Shown here one piece after another: positions 52,886-64,000 of a DNA stretch of 64,000 nucleotides; position 1 is the stretch's first letter; each line of letters starts with the position of its first letter. A model generated the notes under the pieces. It made no database searches, was not told where the DNA came from, and saw only the letters and a list, made by a program, of their open reading frames with translations. Made by a program: the position numbers and the translations under genes. Origin of the DNA: Chiloscyllium plagiosum (Eukaryota); contig NC_057720.1 of NCBI RefSeq assembly GCF_004010195.1, positions 12,030,543-12,094,542 on the forward strand. The letters run 5' to 3'.

Positions 52886-53292
52886 ACTGATCCTTGTGGT
52901 ACACCACGAGTTATTTACCTGGGATCTTGATCCAGTAACAGTGAAGGAACAGTGATATAGTTCCAAGACAGTATGATGTGTAGCTTTGACGATGTTGTTT
53001 CAAGGTTTGAAATGGTTAATTCTGAGAGTGATTTAAGTAATGAGCAGTGTGATGATCTCATACAGACATGGTGGAAGAACAGCTTCTGGTCTCAAAAGAC
53101 TTTGCCCTCTCATCTAGGTCCTCCTCATAGTCATGTTTGCCCTGGTTGGAGAATCTAGAAACAGACAGCACTATTTAAAAATAAAGGGGATGCCACTTAG
53201 GTTGAGTTTTGGATAATTTTGTTATACTAAGAGATCGTGAACCCTTGGAGTTGTCTACCACTGAGGAACAAGAAATGCAATCTTTGAATATA

Positions 53293-53988
53293 TCGCCCCT
53301 CCAACCGCCACCAGGACAGAACCCCATTGGTCCTCACCTACCACCCCACCAACCTCCATGTATAGCGTATCATCTGCCGTCATTTCCGCCACCTCCAAAC
53401 AGACCCCACCACCAGGGATATATTTCCCTCCCCTCCCCTATCAGCGTTCCNNNNNNNNNNNNNNNNNNNNNNNNNNNNNNNNNNNNNNNNNNNNNNNNNN
53501 NNNNNNNNNNNNNNNNNNNNNNNNNNNNNNNNNNNNNNNNNNNNNNNNNNNNNNNNNNNNNNNNNNNNNNNNNNNNNNNNNNNNNNNNNNNNNNNNNNNN
53601 NNNNNNNNNNNNNNNNNNNNNNNNNNNNNNNNNNNNNNNNNNNNNNNNNNNNNNNNNNNNNNNNNNNNNNNNNNNNNNNNNNNNNNNNNNNNNNNNNNNN
53701 NNNNNNNNNNNNNNNNNNNNNNNNNNNNNNNNNNNNNNNNNNNNNNNNNNNNNNNNNNNNNNNNNNNNNNNNNNNNNNNNNNNNNNNTATCACCCTCACC
53801 TTGACCTCCTTCCACCTATCATCTTTCCAATGCCCCTCCCCCAAGTCCCTCCTCCCTACCTTTTATCTTAGCCTGCTGGACACACTTTCCTCATTCCTAA
53901 AGAAGGGCTTATGCCCGAAACATCGATTCTCCTGTTCCTTGGATGCTGCCTGACCTGCTGCGCTTTTCCAGCAACACATTTTCAGCTC
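53293..53988 (+). mobile_element. Penelope-like fragment spanning an N gap
   Basis: Same terminal sequence as the 41900-42144 copy. Confidence 0.75.
53451..53787. other. Assembly gap
   Basis: N run. Confidence 1.
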
Positions 53989-56900
53989 TAAAGTAAAAGT
54001 AAGGTCACATCACCATAGTCTTACCAGACCAGTGTTTAAGGTAGACATTGATAAATGTGTGAACTTCAATGGCATACAGAGTTATATGGATGGGTAGGTA
54101 GAAGGCTTCGTCAGCCATAATTATATTGAACGGTGGGGCAGACTTGCAGGCTGAAAGACCTATCCCTGTTCCTAAGTTCCGATATCACTCTAACAACTCT
54201 GGCATATCATTATAACTTGTACACTCAAGGAAATACATCTTGTTTATGAGAAGAACCTCCACTTATTCAACCAGCAAATGGTTTTCCTCTATTGCACCAG
54301 ATAAAATGAGTCCTGTGGACCCCTAACCTAAAAGATAATGGTGGAGCGTACAGTTCTGGTCACCACATTACCAGTAGTATGTGGATGCTTTGGAGAGTGT
54401 ACAGAAAAGGTTTACCAGGACGTTGCCTGTTATGGGGATTTTAGCAATGTTATGGGGATTTTAGCAATGAGGGAAGGTGGGGTCTGTTTTCACTGGAATG
54501 CAGGAGGTTGCGGGGTGACCTGACAGAAGTTTATAAGATAGTGAATGGCATCAATGGGATGGAAAATATGAGACTTTTTGTCAGGGTGGAGTGGTCAATC
54601 ACTTGGGGACACAGGTTCAAGGTGTGGCGGGGATGTTTAAAAGAGATGTGCAAAGCAAGGTTTTCACTCAAAGGGTGGTGGGTGTCTGGAATGCGTTGCT
54701 AGAGGAGGTGGTGGAAGCAGAGACAATGGCAAGAAACACCCATTTGGGTCTGGGAGTAAGATATCCATAGAGGAAAAGATCTCTTTTAATTCATCTTGTT
54801 GTGGCCAATAGAGAGGACAGATGAATAAAGAAGGAAAACCAATTTATCCCTCCTCACTTGGAAGCTTGCCAATTTAGGGTACTCATCCGGAAAATAATAA
54901 ATTGGTGAAACTTACTTGGGGATGGGTGTTAACTGTCATTAATAAAAGATTGACTAACAAGTGGTGGGAAGCGGTGTTCCATCAGGAGTTGTGTTGGAAC
55001 CACAGTTGTTCGTTGTTTATAGCAATGATTTTGACTGAGCAAGTGGAAATACATTTCAAAATTTGTTATACAAATGGGGAAATGTAATTAATACAGAGAG
55101 AAAAGTGACAACAAAATACAGGATAAGGTAAATATACATGCAGAACAAGTGTGTAACTGGTAAATGAGTATTAAGGTAAATAAATGCTGTGGTATATTTT
55201 TGTAGGAAAATATAATGCTTGCGGAAAATAATACTCTTGGAGTTGCCATTAATCAAGTCAAATGGACATTCAACTAAGTACTGTGGTACTAGGACAGGCA
55301 AGAGACAGGCAACTCTATGGCAAGAAAGTCATCTCCTGATTTCTCAAATCCTGTCCACCACGTAGAAAGAACAAGTCAAGAGTGTGACGGAGAACTCTCC
55401 ACATCTAACACAGCTAACTGCATGAATTACACTCCATCCATCATCTTCCATATCTTATGAAGAACAAATAAAGCAATTAGGTCTGCATCCATTGGAGTTT
55501 AGGGGAATAAGAGGTGAGCTTATTGAAATATAGAAGATTGTGAGGGCCTGGACAAGATGGGTACCCAGATGATGTTTTCTGTAAGGGATACTAAAACTGG
55601 AGGATGTAATTTTATTTTCTTAATTCGCTCGTGGAATGTAGTGTCACTGGCTGGTCAGCCTTTATTGCCAGTTCCCAGTTGCCCCTTGAGAAGGTGGTGG
55701 TGAGCTTCCTTCTTGAACTGCTGCAGTCCACCTGCTGTGGGTAGACCCACAATGCCATTCGAGAGGAAGTTTTGACCCAGCAACAGTGAAGGAATGGCAA
55801 TATATTTCCAAGTCTGGATGGTGAGTGACTTGGAGGGGAGTTTGCAAGTGGTGGTATTCCCATGTATCTTCTATCCCTTTCCTTCTAGGTAAAGTAGTTG
55901 TGGGTTTGGAAGGTACTCTCTCAGGATGTTCTGAATTTCCGCAATACAATTAAAGATGATACACACTGCTGCTACCGAGCGACAGTGGTGGAGGGAGTCG
56001 ATGCTTGTGGATGTAATGACAATTTAGCAAGGCTGCTTTGTCCTGAATGGTGTCACGCTTCTTTTGTGTTTTTAGAGCTACACCCATCCAGGCAAGTAGT
56101 GAGTCACCCATCCCACTTGTGTCAAAAAGTGTGGTGCTGGAAAAGCACAGCCAGTCAGGCAGCATCTAAGGAGCAGGAGAATTGACATTTTGAGCATAAG
56201 CTCTTCACCAGGAATGAGGGTGTAGCCCATGGGGGCTGAGAGATAAATGGGAGGGGGAGTGGGGCAGGGGGGAGGTTGGCTGAAAATGCAATAGGTAGAT
56301 GGAGGTGGGAGGGTGATAGTGATAGGTCAGAAAGGAGGGTGGAGCAGATAGATGGGAAGGAAGACAGACAGTTCATGAGGATGATGCCGAATTGGAAGGT
56401 TGGATCCGGGATAAGTGGGGGGCTTGTGACCCAAGCTGGGCGTCACTGAACAGGTTATTGCTGAGCAGGTGCTGTTTGATAGCACTGTTGATACCACTTT
56501 CCATCACTTTACTGATAATAAAGAGTAGACTGAGGAGGCAGTAATAAGCCAGGTTGGATTTGTCCTGCTTTTTATGTACAGGACATACCTGGTCAATTTT
56601 CCACATTTTTGAGTCGATACCAGTGTTGTAGCTGCACAGGAGCAGCTTGGCTAGGGGAGCAGCAAGTTCTGGAACACAAGTCTTCAGTAGTATTGCCGAA
56701 TTTTGTGAAGGCTCATAGCCTTTGTTGTATCCAATGTCTCCAAACATTTCTTGATATCACACGGAGGAAATTGAATTGGCTGAAGACTGATATCTGTGAT
56801 TCTGGGAACCATTGATGGAACCAAGATGGATCATCCACTCAGCGCTCTGGCTTGAAGACTGCAGTGAATGTTTCAGCCTTATCCATTGTGTTGTGCTCCT

Positions 56901-57451
56901 CCATCATTGAGGATGGGGGCATTTGTGGACCCTCCTCCTCCAGTGAGTTATTTATATGTCCACCAGCATTCCAATTGGATGTGGCAGGACTGCAGAACTT
57001 GTATCTGATCTGTCAATTGTGGGATCGCTGTTAATGGCCCACAGTGCCTCATGGATGACCAGTCTTGAGTTACTAGCTCTGAGATGGACTGTTTATTTTT
57101 AATCAGTAAAGGAATCAAGAGTTATGGGGAAAAGGCAGGAAACTGAAGATGAAGGTTATCAGATCAGCCATGATCTCATTGAATGATGGAGCAGACTTAA
57201 TGGGCTGAATAACCTACTTCAGCTCCTATATCATATGGTCTTATGTGGCTTAATAGCCCTGACATAACCTCCTTACTTTTGAATGCAATGCCTCAGTTTA
57301 TAAAGGCAAGCATTCCATATGCCTCACTATGATTGTACAATGTTATTTGTCATTTTCATAGAATCCATACAGTATAGAAGCAGGCCATTCAGCTCATTGA
57401 CACCAGTCAGATGATCATTTTTGCTGATGCCAGGTTTCTAATACAGTATAT

Positions 57452-57710
57452 GGGTGGCACAGTGGTTAGCATTGCTGCCTTATGACACCCGGGACGTGGT
57501 GGTCCTTGGGTGACTGTCTGTGTGGAGTTTGCACATTCTCCCTGTGTCTGCATGGGTTTCCTCCCACAGTCCAAGAATGTGCAGGTTAGGTGGATTGGCC
57601 ATAGGAAATACAGGTTACAGGGGCAAGATAAAAGGTAGGATGCTCTTTGGAGGGGTGGTGTGGACTTGATGGGCTGACTGGCCTGCTTCTACACTGTAGG
57701 GATCCTATAG
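57452..57710 (+). mobile_element. HE1-type V-SINE, degraded
   Basis: GGTGGCACAGTGGTTAGCA head and V-domain match. Confidence 0.75.
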
Positions 57711-58137
57711 CCAATTTTAATATTATAAGGGGAAAATTCTTGCCCACGCTAATGAACTAGTTCCTTCAGCAGGCAGAGGTCAAAGCGTAAGTTGCATCAA
57801 GCTATGACATCAGATGCCGATCAGACTAAGACCAATGTGGCACAATAACATGGGTTTGCTAACTATCATTCAGATATCACTTGTCAGTTGTAGTGTGACT
57901 ACGCCTTAAAATAATAAAAGTAGGGATGTCTTACTATACTGTACTGAGCATGATGAATCCACACCTGAAGGACTGGGCATCTTACTTAAGAAGCGACCTA
58001 TTTGAATTGGAGGTGGCTCAGAGGCGATTCACTTGGCTGTTCCTGAGAATGAAAGATTTTTCTTCTGAGGAAAGGTTGGGCTTGTACTGATTAATGTTCA
58101 GAAAATGACAACTGATTTTATTGAAACGTCCTAAGAG

Positions 58138-58370
58138 CGAGTTTTGAGAAGATTTGTAGCTCAGGTTGAGGTTCTAGATGAAGGTTTACTCGCTGAGCTG
58201 GAAGGTTCATTTTCAGATGTTTTGTCACCATACTAGGTAACATCTTCAGTGAGCCTCTGGTGGTGTGGAGGACTGCTGGTGTTTCCTGCTTTTTATTTAT
58301 ATGTTTGGGTTTCCTTGGGTGAAACATCTGAAAATGAACCTTCCAGCTCAGCGAGCAAATTTACATCCAC
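58138..58370. mobile_element. Inverted terminal fragment related to the Penelope tail at 13240-13325
   Basis: CTCGCTGAGCTGGAAGGTTCATTTTCAGATGTTT is inverted at ~58320-58355; degenerate CTGAAGA core on the minus strand. Confidence 0.7.
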
Positions 58371-59179
58371 ATCCTAAGATCCTATGTGGTAAACCATTTG
58401 TCTTTAATCTGTTTTTCTTATATATTTGTGGATTTAGAAGGGGTATAATAAGTTATATAGTTATAAATTAGACTTTTTTTTGCTCTTGCTAAATTTAAGC
58501 ATGTAAATAGAGTTAAGTTACAGTTACTGACAAAACCTGGTGTTAATTATTTTTGTTCTGAATAGCAATCAATCAGGTAACTTTGTTATTTTGGTCATCT
58601 TACTTTATCAATACACAGTTTGTAATGGCTTGTGGAACAGTGGGGCACAATTATCAGTTCCCAATTAAATCATGGCTCTATCCTTTTAAGACAACATGCT
58701 CATTCCAAATATGATTGCAGTGATACTTCTCCGAACTGCTTTGAACAGATTTGTATCCTTCCTTAAACAGGGAAACCAGAATTGTAAATGATGTGGATGC
58801 TGAAAGGATGTTTCCTCTCCTGGGGGAAGTCTAGAAGTAGTGGACACAGTTTCCAAAGGTTCATTAATGCTTGGAATGTTCTCCTTCAGAGACCAGTAGA
58901 GGCTGAGTTATTAAATACCTGTATACTTAAAGCTGAGTTTTGTAGATTTTTGAGAGACAAGGAAATTAATGGCTATGAGGGACAGGCATGAAAGTGGAGT
59001 TAAGGGCATTGTAGATCAGCCAGGTTCTGATTGAAAAGTGGAGCTTGCTCGAGAGGCTGAATATCCTATCCCTGCTCCTATTTTTCGTGATCAAATGATT
59101 ACAAGATTTGATTGTGAGATTTCACATTCTATTTGTATTTCTTGAGTATAGGATCCTTACTGCTGACATTTTTAGTCAC

Positions 59180-59460
59180 CATTTCTGTGTCAATTGTGAC
59201 CCAGTTGGTTGCACTCTCACCTCGGAATCAGAAAGTTCGAGTTTAACAGTCAGGGGAGACACACCAGTGCAGTCCTGAAGGAGGCGCTGTCTTTTGGTTG
59301 AGGTGTAAAACTGGGCTCTGCCTGCCCTTTCAGGTGGAGCGAAAGGATTCCGGGCCATGTCATCATGAAAAAGAATGTCCTGGTCACACTTCATTCTCCA
59401 ATCAACATCACAGAAACTGGCGATCCAATCACTGGGAGCTTGCCAGGTGCAAATTAGCTT
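59180..59460 (+). mobile_element. Degraded DeuSINE (SacSINE1/AmnSINE1-like)
   Basis: GGAGGCGCTGTCTTTTGG...TAAAAC...TGCCCTTTCAGGTGGA resembles the recalled Deu domain. Confidence 0.5.
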
Positions 59461-59702
59461 TCCTTTTTAACCACCTTTGGGATGTGGGCATCATTGGCTG
59501 GGCCAGTGTTTATTGCCCATTCCTAGTTGCCCCTTGAGAAGGTGGTGGTGAGCTGCCTTCTTAACCGCTGCAGTCCACCTGCTGTGGTTTGACCCACAAT
59601 GACCTTAGGGAGTGAATTACTGGGTTTTGACCCAGTGAAGGAATGGCAATATATTTCCAAGTCAGTATGGTGACTGGCTTGGGGAACTTGCAAGTGCTGG
59701 TG

Positions 59703-59990
59703 AGGGACGTGCTGAAGCTTGGGGCAGCTGCCCCCAAGGTGCGGTGGGGAAAGACCACCATGTAACATCTGCCTGCCTAAGAAGAACAGGGGGCCCACCC
59801 AGTCATTTGGGCTCTGCTGATGCTTCAGCAGAAGAGCTGGATAGTAAATGTACAGACTTGTATATAGGAAAAATAAATTTCGATGTCTGTATGTAAAGCA
59901 ATGTAATGTGTGCATATGAATGGCATGGCGGAAATGTATAGAGATCCAAATAATTTTATGAATAAAGTATATTTTTGAAATAAAAAAAAA
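59703..59990 (+). mobile_element. Poly(A)-tailed L1/Tx1-like 3' fragment with TSD
   Basis: AATAAA followed by an A-tail at ~59982-59990; direct repeat AAGTGCTGGTG on both sides; it splits an older LINE tail. Confidence 0.6.
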
Positions 59991-60529
59991 GTGCTGGTGC
60001 TCCTATGTATCTGCTGCCCTTGTCCTTCTAGATGGAAGTGGTTGTGGGTTTGGAAGGTGCAATCTCAGGATCTTTGGTAAATTTCGACAGTGCATCTTGT
60101 TGATGGTACACACTGCTACGATTGAGTGTCATGGTGGAGGGAGTGGTGCTTGTAGATATGGTGCCAATCAAATGAACTGCTTGGCCTGGATGGTGTCAAG
60201 CTTCTTGAGTGTTATTGGAGTGCATCCATCCAGGCAAGTGAGGAGTATTCCATCTCACTCCTGGCTTGTGCCTTGCAGACGATGGATGGGCTTTAGGGAT
60301 TCTGGAGACGAGTTACTCACCTCAGTATTCCTATCCCTGGCCTGCTCTTGTAGCCACTGTTTCTATAGCCAGTCCAGTTGAGTTTCTGGTTAATGGTAAC
60401 TCCCTCAGGATGTTGATAGTCCAGAATTCAGTGATGATAACACCATTAAATGTCAAGGGGCAGGGGATCGATTGTCTCTTCGAGTCATAGATTCATAGAG
60501 ATGTACAGCTTGGAAACAGAACCGTCAAG

Positions 60530-60736
60530 GTAAAAACAATGACTGCAGATGCTGGAAACCAGATTCTAGATCAGAATGGTGCTGGAAAAGCACAGCAGGT
60601 CAGGCAGCATCCAAGGAGCAGGAAAATCGACATTTCGGGCATTGCCCTGATGAAGGGCTTTTGCTCGAAACGTTGATTTTCCTGCTCCTCAGATGCTGCC
60701 TGAACTGCTGTGCTTTTCCAGCACCACTCTAATCGA
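60530..60736. mobile_element. Palindromic Penelope-derived mini-element inserted in a CR1 tail, 17-bp TSD
   Basis: TSD GAAACAGAACCKTCAAG at 60513-60529 and 60737-60753. Confidence 0.82.
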
Positions 60737-61199
60737 GAAACAGAACCTTCAAGTCCAACCCATCCATGCCAACCGGATAGCCTTACCTAATCTAGTCCCA
60801 TTTGCCAACACTTGCCTAAACCCTTAACTATTCACTTACCCATCCAGATGCCTTTTAAATGCTGTAACTGTACCAGCCTCCACCACTTCCTCTGGCAGCT
60901 CAATCCATACATGCACCACCCTTCGCATGAAAAAGTTGTCCCTTATGTACCTTTCCCCTCTCACCCTAAACCTATGTCTTCTAGTTATGGACTCCTCCAC
61001 CCCAGGGAAAAGTCTCTTATTGCAGACGGTCATTATCTGGCATTTGTGTGGCACAAATGTTACTGTGGATGTCCCACTTCCTGCCTCACCAGAGTGAGCT
61101 CATGTCAAAAAGTTCTTTCAGGGACTGCATGGAATACATCAGGCGGGTCATGGCTGGAGCTACACGAATGCACGTTTCCGTTGTGATGAAGAGCAGGGT

Positions 61200-61467
61200 G
61201 ATTTGTGGCGAAGGTTTGGGAGCCCGGAAGTGGTGCGCGTTGGTATGTTGTCATTCCCATCAGGGAGCTGAGGGAGGAAAGCATTGGTTGCCGGAGCACG
61301 GGGCTGTGCTGGATGTTAGCGAGCAAGTCACAGGGAAGGCTGCATCCTCCCACCCAGGGACAGTCAGTACTGAATCCTCTCTCTCACCCTCCCACCCAGG
61401 AACAAGGTGCACAAGACCGGGAACCTCCCCACCTCCATCCTCGGTCAATCCATCCCAGCTTGTGAAG
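61200..61467 (+). promoter_or_regulatory. Probable MIGA1 promoter / first exon
   Basis: ETS/GABP motif CCGGAAGTG at 61224-61232, reverse CCAAT (ATTGG) at ~61283, local CpG enrichment, donor AAG|gtgggt at 61467/61468. Confidence 0.5.
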
Positions 61468-61839
61468 GTGGGTCAGTGCGTTAATGCGTCGGAGAACCAG
61501 ACTGTAATTCTAATGCAATTTGCAAACCTTCCCCAGCAGATATTTTCAACAACCCCTTTGCATTTCTCTCTCTCTCTCTCTCTCTCTGTGCTCCCTGAAG
61601 CTTAACTGCTGACTGTACCAGTTGTGGGGTAGGCTGACAGATGCGCCAATTCTTGATTTTAATTTGTCTCTTGTCCGGACATTGTCAATAATTCAGTTTC
61701 ATGCGGGAAAAAAAAAGAATTGGCGGGCTGTTTAATATTCGATGTTGATTTTTGTTGCATCTGGTTGAATAACGCCCTGTGTTTTGCATTTGGCAAGTTG
61801 CACCTGATCGGATCGGCTGGAGGGGGATGGAAAAGAGAA

Positions 61840-61947
61840 ATGAGCGATCTCGCTGAGGAATCCATGAGCGATCCGACCGGTCACTTCCAGACGCTGGCGC
61901 TCCGAGCTGTCGATCTCCCGGTGTCTCTCTATCGCTCCCTGCCCGAG
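61840..61947 (+). CDS. MIGA1: Mitoguardin 1 (FAM73A) N-terminal coding exon (MSDLAEESMSDPTGHFQTLALRAVDLPVSLYRSLPE)
   Basis: Resembles recalled human MIGA1 MSEETVSESQFSLKTAALRVFDLPLTWYYSLSQ. Phase-0 donor GAG|gtcagg; CpG-rich; head-to-head with USP33 as in mammals. Confidence 0.8.
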
Positions 61948-62209
61948 GTCAGGTCACATCACCGCTCCCACATCCCACACAGCCGACACAACCCGAACTC
62001 CGCTATTAGAGGGCTCTGGTGGCGCAGTGGTAGTGTCCCTCCTGCTGAGCCAGGAGGCCCGGGTTCAAGTCCCACCTGCTCCAGAGTCGAGTCATAAAAT
62101 CCCTGAACAGGAGCCTTGGCTTAAGTATCTGACTGGGCTTTAGGGGCGAGGTGTGCGTTTCCAGTGTTAACACGTGCTGCTTGTTTAGCTCCCTGGACTG
62201 CTATTCCCA

Positions 62210-62775
62210 CCCTGGGAGCGTGTCAGTATTTACGGGGGGGTCCCTGGGAGCGTGTCAGTATTTACAGGGGTGTCTCTGGGAGTGTGTCAGTATTTACAGG
62301 GGTATCCCTGGGAGTGTGTCAGTATTTACAGATTTACAGGGGTGTCTCTGGGAGTGTGTCAGTATTTGCAGGGGGGTCTCTGGGAGTGTGTCAGTATCTA
62401 CAGGGGCGTCCCTGAGAGTGTCATTATTTACAGGGGTGTCTCTGGGAGTGTGTCAGTATTTGCAGGGGGGTCTCTGGGAGTGTGTCAGTATCTACAGGGG
62501 CGTCCCTGAGAGTGTCATTATTTACAGGGGTGTCTCTGGGAGTGTGTCAGTATTTGCAGGGGGGTCTCTGGGAGTGTGTCAGTATCTACAGGGGCGTCCC
62601 TGAGAGTGTCATTATTTACAGGGGTGTCTCTGGGAGTGTGTCAGTATTTGCAGGGGGATCTCTGGGAGTGTGTCAGTATTTGCAGGGGGGTCTCTGGGAG
62701 TGTGTCAGTATCTACAGGGGCGTCCCTGAGAGTGTCATTATTTACAGGGGGGTCCCTGGGAGTGTGTCAGTCTGT
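62210..62775. repeat. 30-32-bp minisatellite (GGGAGTGTGTCAGTATTTACAGGGGTGTCTCT) with a 94-bp three-monomer period
   Basis: Variant CCCTGAGAGTG recurs 94 bp apart (same T at 62413 and 62507); lies in the MIGA1 intron. Confidence 0.93.
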
Positions 62776-64000
62776 TCAAGGCATCTTGAGATTTATTTCC
62801 AAAGAGTCCCTGGAATTGTCAGTATTTGCAGAGTTTGTCAACATAGAAATGTATTATAATTACTGGTCTTATGTGAATTCCTAACCGGGATTTTCCATAA
62901 ATCACATTTGGGTGTGAGTTTAAAACATTGAATTGTAAAGTTTTTGATGTGTTTGTGTAGTGTGGGTGACATTGCCTGTTGACTTGCCGATTCTTAATTG
63001 CCCTGAGAATCTGATGGAAAAATTATTGTCTTTCTATGATGGTCCATCAACAATGATATTAGGTTAGAAGTTCCACCGATCTAATTCCCAATGATCTAAG
63101 GATAGTGTTGTAATACCATAACTGGATGGCATGTGAGGCGGTGGTGATGGTATTGCCACAATATTGCTTCTCGTTGTCACAATGGTATTCAGGGGTCACA
63201 GCAGCAGGAAATGCTGTTGATGTTACTATAACAAAAAAATGCTGTGAACGCTGGAAAATCTGGAGGGAAAACAAGCAGGTGCTGCAACTTGCAGGTTAGT
63301 TGGTATCAGTGGAGAGACAATCAGTTCATTGTTCAGGCCAAGGAGATTTCATTTGAATTGAAAAAATGTTACAGACATGACAGGTTAAAGGGAGTACTAG
63401 AAAGGAGATCATTAACTCTAGTGTCGAGACAACTAATACCAACAGGAGTAGAGTGGTGCTGGGAAAGCACAGCAGTTCAGGAAGCATACGAGAAGCAGTA
63501 AAATCGACGTTTCGGGCAAAAGCCCTTCATCAGGAATACAGGCAGAGTGCCTGAAGGGTGGAGAGATAAATGAGAGGAGGGTGGGGAGAAAGTAGCATAG
63601 AGTACAATACCAACAGCCATGGAGAGCGATACCTGTTGCGGCTGGAGCCTGTCTCTTCACCCTACTCTTTAGTAGAAATATAGCAAAAGTTATGAAACAA
63701 GTGCAGAAATTTCTGGAAAAGCTCAGCAGGTCTGGAAGCATCTGTGGAGAGAAATTGGAGTTAACGTTTCAGGTTGAGTGACCCTTCCTCTTACTGCAAC
63801 TGTACAAGGTGCCTGTGGGACCACATCTAGAGCACTGTGAGCAGTTTCAGTGTTTCAGGAATTATATTATTTTATTGAAGGCATTTCAGAGAAGGTTCAC
63901 TCGGGGATGATCCCTGATATAGAGGGGCTCTCTTATGAGCAAAGGCTAAACAGGTTGGGATTCTGTTCACTGGCGTGTAAAAGAATGAGAAGTGATCTCA

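Noticed and set aside
62008..62083. tRNA gene
   Set aside because: A and B boxes are present, but the anticodon arm does not pair properly; more likely a tRNA-derived SINE head.
62151..62884. ORFs with GVSLGVCQYLQ repeats
   Set aside because: Translations of the minisatellite.

Overview
Vertebrate genomic DNA from a cartilaginous fish, probably an orectolobiform shark (inferred from the HE1/V-SINE, CR1 and Penelope repeat content). It is a scaffolded assembly with four N gaps. The minus strand carries the 5' half of USP33: 11 coding exons reconstructed by hand from the ATG at 27773 to the window edge, with GT-AG junctions in consistent phase, covering the zf-UBP domain, the catalytic Cys box and the start of the USP domain. 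The plus strand carries the first recognisable coding exon of MIGA1/FAM73A (61840-61947), head-to-head with USP33 as in mammals. The rest is intron or intergenic DNA dense in decayed CR1 and other LINEs, tRNA-derived SINEs and Penelope-like elements. Three things stand out. (1) A ~4.3-kb near-perfect satellite with a 269-bp higher-order unit lies between the two genes and is built almost entirely from promoter motifs (PBX/PREP-MEIS decamer, Sp/KLF GC box, ACGTG); it grades into an ordinary CCAAT/GC-box promoter-like stretch. (2) Many short, often palindromic, TSD-flanked Penelope-derived elements carry minimal hammerhead ribozyme cores, sometimes on both strands. (3) A ~19-bp intronic satellite places on the order of 100 5'-splice-site-like motifs in the USP33 pre-mRNA. 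Gene and family assignments come from recalled sequence similarity, not from searches. Repeat boundaries are approximate.
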